In this document: one piece after another, positions 10,127 through 19,711 of the stretch
Layout of the letters: the number at the start of each line of letters is the position of its first letter
Position numbering within the stretch: the stretch's first letter is position 1
From: Planctomycetota bacterium
Lineage (GTDB): Bacteria; Planctomycetota; PLA2; JAEUHO01
Assembly (NCBI GenBank): GCA_965223505.1
Contig: CBDCWP010000021.1
Span: 320,001-384,000, forward strand
DNA: 64,000 nucleotides
Reading direction: 5' to 3'
The notes under the pieces: model-generated
Told to the model about the DNA's origin: nothing
The model's input: the letters and a program-made list of their open reading frames with translations, nothing else
The model's database searches: none
Translations under genes and position numbers: made by a program

Positions 10127-10272
10127 CGAACCCTCCGTTTCGGATTGTAGGCGCCATTGCAGGGGCGGACGGGAACGCAGAAACGGCGCTGATTCGAAGA
10201 CCGCGACACGCTACGCTGGGGCGGTGGAATCCGGCGAGAGCCGGCGATGGAAGGAAGACGGCGCGGCTGCCG

Positions 10273-10746
10273 TTGCGTGGGGATGTCGATGTGAGAACGC
10301 GATTGGAAACGATCCGAGTCGAACGAAGTGTGATTGCCGACGCGCTCGCGATTCACGGCGAGGCGAGGACCGCCGAGCTGGAGCGCGACCCATGCGGCTT
10401 CCTGCTCGGGACCGGGGAGGGGCGAGCGGCAGCCCTGGTCGAGCTGATCGTCGGCTCGAACACGCGCTACGCGCGCGAGACGGGGTTCTCGCTCTCCGCG
10501 ACCGAGCATCGCATCATCGCGGAGAAGGCCCGGCCTGCCGGCCGCCGCGTCGAGGGCCTGTGGGTCGTGCACCGCGACGGCCCCGCTCGACCGAGCCGCA
10601 TGGACCGCGAGACGCTCACGACGTTCGCCGCCGACGGCGGACCGTCACTCCTGCTCGTCGTGGGAATGGGGTCCGGCACGTCGACCGTGGTGCGCGCGTA
10701 CCGATGCCGAGACGATCAGGTGCAAGAGGTGCGCATCCGGACGTAG
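10273..10746 (+). CDS. JAB/MPN (Mov34, M67)-like protein with degenerate metal motif; start uncertain (10273 or 10291)
   Basis: PCGFLLG, N...F.L...E, GLWVVHRDGPARPSRMD aligns with the JAB G..HSHP.....PS..D motif. Confidence 0.6.
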   Translation: MRGDVDVRTRLETIRVERSVIADALAIHGEARTAELERDPCGFLLGTGEGRAAALVELIVGSNTRYARETGFSLSATEHRIIAEKARPAGRRVEGLWVVHRDGPARPSRMDRETLTTFAADGGPSLLLVVGMGSGTSTVVRAYRCRDDQVQEVRIRT

Positions 10747-10789
10747 CCAGGTCCGGCCGTCTGTCCGGCCGGTCCCGTCGACGCGGCGA

Positions 10790-11899
10790 CTACTTCTCCT
10801 TCTTCTCGGCGGCTTCCTTGGACTTGCGCAGGCGCTGGAGCATCTCCTCCAGCATCTTGATCCGCCGCTCGAGCTGCTCCTCGTCGGGGCCGCCCATGCC
10901 GGGCCCCCCCATCGGTCCACCCATCCCGGGAACGCCGCGGCCGAATGGCGCAGCGCCGCGCTCGAGCTCCTTGCGGATCTCGGGCGGGATGGCGTCCTCG
11001 CGCTCCTTTGCGGCTTCTTCGCGGGCCTTGCGCGCATCCAACTGCTGTTTCAGCTCGTCGGCGTGCTTGCGCATCTCTTCCGCGCGCTTCTGCAACTGCT
11101 CCGCCATCTCGAGCGCCTGCTCCGGTGACATCGGGGCGCGGCCGCCCATGCCCATGCCGCGGCCGAAGCCGCCCATGCCGGGGGCGCCCATCCCCATGCC
11201 GCTGCCGCGGCCGAACGGGCCGTGGCGAAGCATTCCGCCGCGGCCGAACCAGCGCCGTCCCTGGCGGCCTTGCGGGACCTCGCGCCAGCCGGAGCCGTCG
11301 TTGACGAAGGTGCGGACCTGGTGCTCGGCGTGCATTCCGCCGGGACCGAACGGGCCGCCCCGCGGACCCATGCCCGGGAAGCCCCCCATCGGACCGTGGC
11401 CGCCCATCAGGCCTCGGAGCATCTCTTCCAGGTGCGGCGACGTGCCGTCACCGAACATGCCGAAGGCGCCCGCGTCGCCACGGCCGCAACGCGGGCAAGG
11501 CTCGTCCTTGGCGCCGCCCTCTCCCAAGGCTCGACCGCGCGGACCCATGGCGTCACGCATGAACTTCCGAATCAACTTCTGAAGGGCCGCCGGGTCGACG
11601 TCTTCACCGAAGAATCCTTCGAGCCCCTTGTTGAACGGGATCGCCGCGTCGCCCTCGATGAGATCCTCGAGGTCGAACTCCTGCATCTTGCCGTCGGGCC
11701 CCAGGATCTTGATGCGGCCCCTGATGACGGTCTTGTCGTTGACGGTCTTGCCGTCCTTCGATTCGATCTCGACCTCTCGACCCTTCTCCGCCTCCGTGGG
11801 CTCGACCTTCTTCTCTCCCTCCTCGTCGGCGAGCGCCAACGACGGTGCGAGAGCGAGCGCCCCCACGAGCAACAGGGCGTACGTCTTGATTCGTCGCAT
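10790..11899 (-). CDS. Secreted Gly/Met/Pro-rich low-complexity protein with coiled coil
   Basis: ATG at 11899 with GGAGA RBS; signal peptide MRRIKTYALLLVGALALAPSLALA; GMGG/GPG repeats; CPRC. Confidence 0.75.
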   Translation of the reverse strand: MRRIKTYALLLVGALALAPSLALADEEGEKKVEPTEAEKGREVEIESKDGKTVNDKTVIRGRIKILGPDGKMQEFDLEDLIEGDAAIPFNKGLEGFFGEDVDPAALQKLIRKFMRDAMGPRGRALGEGGAKDEPCPRCGRGDAGAFGMFGDGTSPHLEEMLRGLMGGHGPMGGFPGMGPRGGPFGPGGMHAEHQVRTFVNDGSGWREVPQGRQGRRWFGRGGMLRHGPFGRGSGMGMGAPGMGGFGRGMGMGGRAPMSPEQALEMAEQLQKRAEEMRKHADELKQQLDARKAREEAAKEREDAIPPEIRKELERGAAPFGRGVPGMGGPMGGPGMGGPDEEQLERRIKMLEEMLQRLRKSKEAAEKKEK

Positions 11900-12032
11900 C
11901 GGTCTTCTCCATCGCAGTTCGGTTGCGGCTCGGAGCGGGCTCATTCGCTGCAGGACATCGGGCCGCCGTCTTGCCTTCCTACGCCCCGCGCGTCCCGACC
12001 GTTGGGCCCAAAACCCCCGTCCGGGGTCCGGA

Positions 12033-12755
12033 TCAGCGGCCGACCAGCAGCCGGTCGCCCAGGATCGGGGGCAGACCCGCGTCGATGATGGTGCGCGCGG
12101 CGGCCTCGATGTCGTATTCGACGCGGCGCATTTCGAGCACACGTGCGTCCGGATCGTAAATCCCGAAAGCCGCCCGTGGATCTTCGTCGCGGGGTTGGCC
12201 GACGCTACCGACGTTGGCGATCGCGAGGCGATCCTCCATCTCGACGGTGTCGTCGATGGTGTACGTCACGGGCGTCCCGTAGAAGAACGTGACGGGAATG
12301 TGGCTGTGGCCGACGAAGCCTGTGCGCGTCGTCCAGCGCCTGGAACGACAGATACGCATCGTAAGGCGTTTGTAAGTAGTCGAAGCGGTCGGGGTCGTGG
12401 ACGGTTCCGTGAGCGAGCGTGATGTCGCGGACGAGTCGCCAGGGCTCGAGGGATCCCAGCCACTTCACGTCCTTGCGGCCGAGCTCATTGCGCGTCCAGT
12501 GAATCGCCGCCCGCGCCCTGCTGATTGAAGTAGTTGAGCGAAAGCCGCCCGGCGACGCCCCAGTCGTGGTTGCCGGCGACCAGGAAGGGGTCCAGCTCGC
12601 GCACCATGTCGATGACGGGCTTCGGGTCGGCGCCGTACCCGACGAGGTCACCCAGGCACAGATATCCGTCGACACCCTCGCGCTCGAGCGCGGCCCGTCA
12701 CGGCCTGCATCGCTTGCAGGTTGCTGTGGATGTCACCGAGAACGCCGTACCGCAA
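12033..12755 (-). pseudogene. Metallophosphoesterase (calcineurin-like) with three +1 frameshifts; probably an intact gene with sequencing errors
   Basis: Motifs GDIHSN, LGDLVGYG, GNHD, HGT, GHSH, NVGSVGQPRD are split across frames by extra Gs near 12695, 12517 and 12333. Confidence 0.85.
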
Positions 12756-12816
12756 CTTCGCTCCGACCGCCTTGCAGCTAGGGCGACAACGGTGTCGCCG
12801 CTACGGGTCCCCTGAT

Positions 12817-13497
12817 CTACGTCCGCGGCTCGACCGGCCGCACCAACGCGAGGGTCAAGAGCAACAGCCCCGCGGTGGCGGCGGAAGTATAGCCCAGCGT
12901 GCTGAGTGCTCCTCCGGTGTCCCGAGGGCCCGGCAGCCAGACGGCAATGGCCGCTCCAACCTTGCCGCCGCCGAGAGTGCTCCATGGCAGGTGGCCGATG
13001 ACCCACAGCGCGAGGACGGCGATCGTCGTCGCGACGGCGTTCCACCTCGTACCGAGCAGCACGACCCACGCCCCCACCATGCCGCATGCACATATACTTG
13101 TAGTTAGCAAGTAATGAAGCGAAGGAAGGCTCACGGCGCCTGTGGCGCTTGTGAGCAGCGCGACGCCGGTGGCGGCGACCACGCCGGCAGCCGTGCCCCC
13201 GACCCAGCGCCCAAGCACGCGGCCGAAGGGGCCTGGCCGCGCGGCATCTGCCGCGAGCGCAAATCCAGAGTCGCCGTCTTCCTCTTGCAGGCGTCCCAGA
13301 ACGGCGAGTGTCACGAGAACGCCGAACAGCTGGCTCGTGCCGACCACGAGGTCGCGCGCTTGGTCCTCCGCACGTTCGATGGCGAGGATCGCAAGCGTAG
13401 TCGCGAACCACCCGGCGAAAGCCCCCACGCCGAGCAGCAGCCATGCGAGCGCGCTCGTGACAGCCTCTCGAAGCGTCGACCTTGCGTATGCCCACAT
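12817..13497 (-). CDS. Integral membrane protein (ABC-2 permease-like)
   Basis: About six hydrophobic segments; start chosen at MWAYARSTLREA, uncertain. Confidence 0.6.
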   Translation of the reverse strand: MWAYARSTLREAVTSALAWLLLGVGAFAGWFATTLAILAIERAEDQARDLVVGTSQLFGVLVTLAVLGRLQEEDGDSGFALAADAARPGPFGRVLGRWVGGTAAGVVAATGVALLTSATGAVSLPSLHYLLTTSICACGMVGAWVVLLGTRWNAVATTIAVLALWVIGHLPWSTLGGGKVGAAIAVWLPGPRDTGGALSTLGYTSAATAGLLLLTLALVRPVEPRT

Positions 13498-13540
13498 GAG
13501 TTCGATGTACCAGCGAACACCGACCAGGTCGACGGGCGAT

Positions 13541-13556
13541 TGTTCCCCGGGGAACA
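13541..13556. promoter_or_regulatory. parS-like 16-bp palindrome TGTTCCCCGGGGAACA, copy 1
   Basis: Perfect palindrome resembling the parS consensus TGTTNCACGTGAAACA, ~240 bp upstream of parB. Confidence 0.75.
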
Positions 13557-13577
13557 TTCGCCGGCATGATTCGACGA

Positions 13578-13593
13578 TGTTCCCCGGGGAACA
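13578..13593. promoter_or_regulatory. parS-like 16-bp palindrome TGTTCCCCGGGGAACA, copy 2
   Basis: Identical second copy starting 37 bp after the first. Confidence 0.75.
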
Positions 13594-13791
13594 TCCGGCC
13601 GCCGTCCCAGCCGATCTATCACGGTGGGGGGGGTTGCGGGAGCCTGGAAGGGAAGGGACCTGAGCGTGGGTCCGTGGCGCAGCCCTTGTGGCTGCCCAAC
13701 CGTGCAGTTGCGCAGCCAGCACACAGTCGGGGAGTTGGCCTACATTGGGTTGGCGACCGACGACGACGTCTTTGAGACCGGAGCAAGAACC

Positions 13792-14682
13792 GTGAAAGCG
13801 AAGCGATTGGGTAGGGGCCTGAGCGGCCTCATTCACCGTACCGAGAAGCCGGCCTCCGGCGAGAAGGTCGTCACGCCGCCGACGCCCAGGCCGGAACGAT
13901 ACCGTGGCCCCGTGCGTGAGCTCTCGCCGGATGAGATCCGTCCGAACCCGTTTCAGCCGCGGGCGAGCTTCGACGTCGGCGAACTGGAGGAGTTGAAGCA
14001 GTCGATCGCCGAGCACGGCATCCTGCAGCCCCTCGCGGTCCGCACGGCGGAGCCCGGCTACGAGGTCATCGCCGGGGAGCGTCGGTTGCGAGCCGCCCGC
14101 GAGCTCGGCCTCGCCAAGGTGCCGGTGCTCGTGCGCGCCGCCACCGACGAAGAGATGCAGACGCTGGCGCTGGTCGAGAACGTGCAGCGTGTCGATCTCA
14201 ATCCGATCGAAAAGGCGCGGGCCCTGAAGGCGATGATGCGCAACTTCAGCTTGACGCAAGAAGACGTAGCCGAGCGCGTTGGCAAGGCGAGAACGACGAT
14301 CGCCAATCTCGTCCGCATCCTCGACTTGCCCGACGTGATCCAGTCAATGGTGGAGGACGGTCAGCTCTCCGCCGCGCACGCGCGGGCGATTCTCCAGGCC
14401 GAGGGCGTCGAGCGTCGGGTGAAGCTCGCCGAGCAGGCCGTGCGAGCCGGCTGGTCCGTTCGCGAAGTCGAGCGACGTGCACGCAAGGGGCCGACGGTGG
14501 GGGCCCGTCGCAAGAGGGGTGTCGAGGCGGACCCCTATGTCGCGGACCTCGAGAACCGCTTGCGGCAGGCCCTGAGCACGCGGGTCAAGATCCGCAAGAA
14601 GCGCGAAGGCGGCACGATCGAGGTGAGCTACCACAACGCCGATGATCTGGATCGGTTGCTCGAGATCCTCGACGCCAGCTAG
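13792..14682 (+). CDS. parB: ParB/Spo0J chromosome partitioning protein
   Basis: LGRGLSGLI, PNPFQPR, GILQPL, IAGERRLRA, LVENVQRVDLNPIE, HTH TQEDVAERVGKARTTIAN; GTG start with GGAG RBS. Confidence 0.95.
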   Translation: MKAKRLGRGLSGLIHRTEKPASGEKVVTPPTPRPERYRGPVRELSPDEIRPNPFQPRASFDVGELEELKQSIAEHGILQPLAVRTAEPGYEVIAGERRLRAARELGLAKVPVLVRAATDEEMQTLALVENVQRVDLNPIEKARALKAMMRNFSLTQEDVAERVGKARTTIANLVRILDLPDVIQSMVEDGQLSAAHARAILQAEGVERRVKLAEQAVRAGWSVREVERRARKGPTVGARRKRGVEADPYVADLENRLRQALSTRVKIRKKREGGTIEVSYHNADDLDRLLEILDAS

Positions 14683-14735
14683 CGCGCTCCTGGGGTGATG
14701 CTAACAGAGTACGAACAGAAGCCAGGGGAAGCCGA

Positions 14736-16106
14736 TTATTTGCCGCCCCCGTCGTCCTTCGGATCCAAGGGGTCGCCGTCTTCGGCGCCGTCGTCCTCGT
14801 CGCCGCCCGCGTCGTTCTTGGGCTCCGGCTTCTCCGGCTCTTCGACGCGCAGCGCGTCACGCTCGAGCGTGGCGAGCTTCTCTTCCTTCGCGGTCACCTC
14901 GGCCTTGTGCTCGGAGGGCGCGTTCGTCGTCACGAGCGCGCCGTCGCGATAGACGAGCACCTTGACGATCTCGACGGGCACCTGCAAGAAGTCGAGCACG
15001 CCGCGCAGCTCGCCGGTGTCGCTGCTGACCTCGGGATCCGACCGCCAGATCTTGGACGACCAGATGCGATCGAGCGTCTCCAGCGACGCATCGTCGATGA
15101 GCTTGCCGACGGGCGTGAAGTCGTAGTCGAGGCTCGGGGACGGCCGACGGCAAACGATGAACTGGGACGGGTGGTCGTACTCGGTCGCGTCGCCGTGCCA
15201 GGCGGACACGATGCCTCGATCGTGGGGGATGCGGTTGCGGGACTCCTCGAGCAGCAAGCTGCCCTGATCCTTGTCCTTGGTGAACTCGATGTGCTGGGTG
15301 GCGTTGAAGGCCTCGGCGCCGCGCGTCGTCTGCGCCCCTGCGCGCAGCCAGTGCTCGAACGGCTCGACGTCGTCGCCCTGCTCGCGCTTCATGAAGAACG
15401 CCGTGCCGTCGTACTCGCCCGCGACAGCTCGCTCGAGAAACGCCTTCGTCCAGTTGGGCGCATCCGTTGCGTACAGGCGCAGGTGCAGATCACCCCGCGT
15501 GGTGCGAAGCACGACGGTCTCGGCGCCGTCCGGCTCCTTGGGCTTGGGCAGATGCTCCTGCTCCCAGGCCCGGTTCTCCTCGAGCCAGTGGATGAACTGG
15601 CGTGTCACGGTGGGGAACCCCGCCGGCTTGAAGTTGGCCCAGTTGAGCTGGAAGTCCGGGAAGTCGTCACGAATCTCCGTTAGGTGTTTGATCGCCTTCT
15701 CGTAGTGGGGCGAGCGCTTGTCGAAATCGAGCGTCGTCTTCATCGACAGGATGTGATCGGCGAGCGTGCGCGCGAGGCGCCAGCGCACGTGCGGCTCGAG
15801 GGCGTCCGGCAGCGTCTTCGCCTGCTCTTCGAGGAACTTCTCGAGGTTGCGGACATAGCGCTCGCGCTGTTCGCCGTAGATGCCGTACGGATCCTGGAAG
15901 ATCGGATCCTGCATCTGGTCCGGCTCGTACTTCTCGCGCAGCGCCGCGTACTTGTCCCAGCGCTCGGCAGCCGCCTCTTCTTCGATCTCCTGGAACAGGA
16001 GAAAGCCCACGACGCCGGCCGCGACGACGACCAGGCCGATCGCGGTCCACTTGATCTTCTTGGCTTGGGAGGCCTTGGCCTCCGCCGCGCCCTGCTCGGA
16101 CTGCAT
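14736..16106 (-). CDS. Membrane-anchored protein with cyclophilin-like (PPIase) domain
   Basis: N-terminal TM helix; VVLRTTRGDLHLRLYATDAP..GEYDGTAF, HDRGIVS, SQFIV, LDYDFTPVGK resemble a cyclophilin fold. Confidence 0.7.
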   Translation of the reverse strand: MQSEQGAAEAKASQAKKIKWTAIGLVVVAAGVVGFLLFQEIEEEAAAERWDKYAALREKYEPDQMQDPIFQDPYGIYGEQRERYVRNLEKFLEEQAKTLPDALEPHVRWRLARTLADHILSMKTTLDFDKRSPHYEKAIKHLTEIRDDFPDFQLNWANFKPAGFPTVTRQFIHWLEENRAWEQEHLPKPKEPDGAETVVLRTTRGDLHLRLYATDAPNWTKAFLERAVAGEYDGTAFFMKREQGDDVEPFEHWLRAGAQTTRGAEAFNATQHIEFTKDKDQGSLLLEESRNRIPHDRGIVSAWHGDATEYDHPSQFIVCRRPSPSLDYDFTPVGKLIDDASLETLDRIWSSKIWRSDPEVSSDTGELRGVLDFLQVPVEIVKVLVYRDGALVTTNAPSEHKAEVTAKEEKLATLERDALRVEEPEKPEPKNDAGGDEDDGAEDGDPLDPKDDGGGK

Positions 16107-16111
16107 GGGGA

Positions 16112-17359
16112 CTACGCTCCTGCGGGCGCCGTGGAGCTGTCACGCTCCCGGTCCGCCACGGTGTTCGGATGGTCGGGGAGCGGGATGAACGAGTGGAGGT
16201 GCTCCAGGTTTCCCGCGCCCTTGATGACGTTGCGTGCGACCACGACCCGTTGGATCTGGTTCGTACCTTCGTAGATCTGCGTGATCTTGGCGTCGCGCAT
16301 GTACTTCTCGATGGGGTAGTCGCGCATGTAGCCGTAGCCGCCGAAGAGTTGGACGGCGTCGGTCGTCACGCGCATGGCGACGTCGGTCGCGAACAGCTTG
16401 CACTGGGCGGCCAGCTTCGTGACGTTCTTCACGCCTGCGTCCGCCGCGCGCGCGGCCGTGTAGACGAGCTGGCGCGCCGCCTCGACCTGGGTCGACATGT
16501 CGGCGAGCATGCCCTGGATCATCTGGAAGTTGGCGATCGACTGCCCGAACTGCTCGCGCTTCATCGTGTACGCCGTGGCGTAGTCGAGCGCCCCCTGGGC
16601 CAGGCCCATGGCCTGCGCCGCGACGCCGGGCCGGGCGTTGTCCAGCGTCATCATCGCGTGCTTGAAGCCCATGCCGGCGCGGCCGCCCAGCAGGCGGTCC
16701 TTCGGGACGCGGACGTCGCGGAAGTGGGTCTCGACGACCGGCACGCAGCGGATGCCCATCTTGTCTTCCGAGCGGCCGATGGTGAATCCGTCATCGCCCT
16801 TCTCGACGATGATCGCGCTGATGCGCCGGCTGCGCGACGTGGGGTCGGTCACGGCGAACACGCTGTAGAGATCCGCCGCGCCGCCGTTGGTCGTCCACTT
16901 CTTGTCGCCGTTCACGACCCAGTGGTCGCCGTCCTCTTCGGCGCTCGTGCTCAGGCCGCCGGCGTCGCTGCCGGCGCCGCGCTCCGAGAGGCAGAAGGCG
17001 CACAGCTTCTCCCCGGCTGCGATCTGCGGCAGGTACTTCTGCTTCTGTTCTTCCGTCCCGCCCAGGAGGATCGGAAACGATCCCAACGCATTGACCGCGA
17101 AGAGCACGCCGACGCCGCCGCAAACGCGGGAGAGTTCTTCGACGACGACGCACAGGTCGAGGACGCTGCCGCCGCTGCCGCCGTAGTTCTCGGGAATCCA
17201 GACGCCGAACAGCCCGGCGTCACGCAAGGCTTCGAGGAACTCCCACGGGTATTCCTGAATCCGGTCGTAGTGCGCGGCGCGCGGGCGGATGACGCGTTCG
17301 GCGACCTCGCGTGCCCGCTCTTTCCATTCGACGGTCTCTTGGCTCAGCAGCTCGTCCAA
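16112..17359 (-). CDS. Acyl-CoA dehydrogenase
   Basis: FCLSERGAGSDA, NGDKKWTTNG, REQFGQSI, QLFGGYGY, RDAKITQIYEGTNQIQR. Confidence 0.95.
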   Translation of the reverse strand: MDELLSQETVEWKERAREVAERVIRPRAAHYDRIQEYPWEFLEALRDAGLFGVWIPENYGGSGGSVLDLCVVVEELSRVCGGVGVLFAVNALGSFPILLGGTEEQKQKYLPQIAAGEKLCAFCLSERGAGSDAGGLSTSAEEDGDHWVVNGDKKWTTNGGAADLYSVFAVTDPTSRSRRISAIIVEKGDDGFTIGRSEDKMGIRCVPVVETHFRDVRVPKDRLLGGRAGMGFKHAMMTLDNARPGVAAQAMGLAQGALDYATAYTMKREQFGQSIANFQMIQGMLADMSTQVEAARQLVYTAARAADAGVKNVTKLAAQCKLFATDVAMRVTTDAVQLFGGYGYMRDYPIEKYMRDAKITQIYEGTNQIQRVVVARNVIKGAGNLEHLHSFIPLPDHPNTVADRERDSSTAPAGA

Positions 17360-17686
17360 AGGGACACCTCCCGATCCGGCGGCTGGCAGAACGAGCCGCG
17401 GCTGTCACGTGACCTGCCAGACAGGTCCATTGAGAGGCGCGTGAGTATAGGAGGGCGCGCGGCCTGGCCCCAGGCGAGCAGGGGGTGCTGGAACGCTGGG
17501 AATTCGGCGCCGCACGGCCCCTACAGGCCGTACGGCGACGGTAGGGCGCCTCGACCGAGGCGCTCGGAAGAGATGGGCGCGGCCCGGCCGCTCTCGGGAA
17601 CGGGCGGCCGGATCACCCGAAGTGGGGGCGGTCAGACGCTCGGAGTCAAGCGCCGGGTCCTAGGGCCTCTCTTCTCGTTCGGCGAG

Positions 17687-18097
17687 TCAGGCGGCCGTCG
17701 CGGCCGGAAGCCGCTGCCGCTTGCTGAAGCCCTCTTCGAGGTGGTGCCAGTAACGCACTTCGCTTTCGCCGCGTCGCCAACACAGATAGACGATCTCGCC
17801 GTCGACGTCGCCGTAGAAGTCGATCCCGCCGTTCTCATAGTCCTTGACCGTGGCGCCGAGGGACTCGACCTCCTCGATCAGGTTCTGGAATCGGTCGAGA
17901 ACCCTGGCGACGTCCTCGTCGCGCCTGCGCAGCTCGAGCTCACGGTTGGCGTCGTTCTCGCCACGAGCCTTTTCGGCCTCGAAGGCCTGCAGAGCGCGGT
18001 TGACGTCCGCGTAGGTGTCCACGATGTCATCCGCAATTCGGGATACGAGGGGCAACATGCGGTTGGCCTCGTCAGGGGTGAAGATCTTGCCTTTCAT
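17687..18097 (-). CDS. DUF2203 family protein
   Basis: FTPDEANRMLPLV, VKD..G.IDF, VYLCWRRGE..VRYWH..EEGF..RQ. Confidence 0.85.
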   Translation of the reverse strand: MKGKIFTPDEANRMLPLVSRIADDIVDTYADVNRALQAFEAEKARGENDANRELELRRRDEDVARVLDRFQNLIEEVESLGATVKDYENGGIDFYGDVDGEIVYLCWRRGESEVRYWHHLEEGFSKRQRLPAATAA

Positions 18098-18706
18098 GGC
18101 TGTGCTCCAGGTGGACGACCGTGGAACCGCAAGATCCGTACCGGAGAGTGCGGCAGAATCGGCCGCCATGACCATGGCGGGCCGACCTGGCCACGAAGGC
18201 CGTGCAATGGGGCTCTCGCCCCGCCACGACCAACTCCGTGGGGTCGGACGTACGGAAGCCTTGCGGGCTCCTCACTTGTTTAGACGTATCCGTGGGCTCG
18301 CCGGATACGGAATTTCGTGTTTTGTTCGCATCCCCTGTCCAGGTTCGACGAAGCGCTTGGCACGCGGCGGTAACGACGTAACCCCCGTTGCCACAGAACC
18401 CTACGCTCGCGGGGTGGCCCTGTTTGGGTTGGGCAAAATGTGTGCAAGACACCTGGCCGACCCCGGCGCAGGTACGCGTGGTCCCCGATCGAGGACACCC
18501 AATTGATCGTTTCGTGCGGTCTCGCGCCCGCGCATCGAGCGAAGTTGGGCGTGCGGATCGGCACGGAGCCCCGTTCGACCGGGAAACCCCCGGCGGTGAG
18601 CTTGGACCCTGCCCCGGCGAACCCTATGTTCTTGGGTTCGCTTGTGTTTCGCCGCCCCTTGGTGGGGGCGCGGGGCGCGGCACGCCGGTTAGGGAGAGCC
18701 CCCGTA

Positions 18707-19711
18707 GTGGACGACAAACTCCGCTCCATCCAAGAGTACGTCTATGCCAAGTACATCGAAGGCAGCGGTGCGCCTCCGATCGACGAGGTGGACGCCGTCG
18801 CGTACCTCGAGCAGTACTTCGCGCACGAGGACCGCGCCAACGACCCCGACTGCTTCTATGTCGGGATCATCTGCTTCGAGCTCGGCTACGAGATGGAAGA
18901 GCGCCAAGAGGAGTTCTTCCGGAAGGCGAAGTACTACCTCGAGCGCCACCGCGCGCTGACCGGCGAAGAGTGGGACGCGATCGACGACCGTCTGCTCGAC
19001 CTCGACGAGTACTTCGCCGAACGCGGCATCGAAGTCGAGTCGGCGCCGTTGCCCGAGCAGGCCGAGCCGCCGATGGCGCCCGTGGGCGTCAAGGAGATCG
19101 AAGATCACGGGCCGATGATGTTGGTCGCCGGTGGCAGCTTTCTCTTCGGCCCCGAGAACCAGAAGGTCAACGAGCCCGCGTTCTACATCGACAAGTTCCC
19201 CGTCACGAACCGCGAGTACGAAGCGTTTTGTCGCGCAACCGGCTATCGCTTTCCGAAGTACTGGGGCGACAAGCGATTCAACAACCCCGAAGCGCCCGTC
19301 GTCGGCGTGAGCGTTGCCGACGCGCAGAAGTTCAGCCGCTGGGTCGGCAAGCAGCTGCCGTCGGAAGCGCAGTGGGAAAAGGCGTGTCGAGGCATCGATG
19401 GACGGGTCTACCCGTGGGGCGATGACGACGTGACCGACGAGCGCGCGTGCCACGGACAAGATCCGGCGGAAGGCGGAACGCACCCCGTCACCGACACGAC
19501 GGAATCCGACAGCCCCTACGGCGTTCGGGATCTCGTCGGCAACGTGTGGGAGTGGACGTCGTCCACGCTCAACGACATCGAGACGGTCAACGTGATCAAG
19601 GGCGGTTGCTACAACGATCCGCCCGGGCTGCTGGTCTCGCACCTTCGGCTGGAAGCGGTGCCGAAGGACAAGTTCGAGACCATCGGCTTTCGGTGCGTGA
19701 AGAGCGCTTGA
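18707..19711 (+). CDS. Formylglycine-generating enzyme (FGE-sulfatase/SUMF1) domain protein with acidic N-terminal domain
   Basis: FYIDKFPVTN, PVVGVS, LPSEAQWEKACRG, YPWG, SPYGVRDLVGNVWEW, IGFRCV; GTG start at 18707. Confidence 0.88.
   Translation: MDDKLRSIQEYVYAKYIEGSGAPPIDEVDAVAYLEQYFAHEDRANDPDCFYVGIICFELGYEMEERQEEFFRKAKYYLERHRALTGEEWDAIDDRLLDLDEYFAERGIEVESAPLPEQAEPPMAPVGVKEIEDHGPMMLVAGGSFLFGPENQKVNEPAFYIDKFPVTNREYEAFCRATGYRFPKYWGDKRFNNPEAPVVGVSVADAQKFSRWVGKQLPSEAQWEKACRGIDGRVYPWGDDDVTDERACHGQDPAEGGTHPVTDTTESDSPYGVRDLVGNVWEWTSSTLNDIETVNVIKGGCYNDPPGLLVSHLRLEAVPKDKFETIGFRCVKSA

Noticed and set aside
13541..13593. CRISPR array (GTTCCCC-like repeats)
   Set aside because: Only two 16-bp palindromes with a 21-bp gap and no cas genes; the position next to parB fits parS better
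18098..18706. Sigma-54 promoter or ncRNA in the long intergenic region
   Set aside because: TGGCACG-like hits lack a correctly spaced TTGC; no recognisable RNA family
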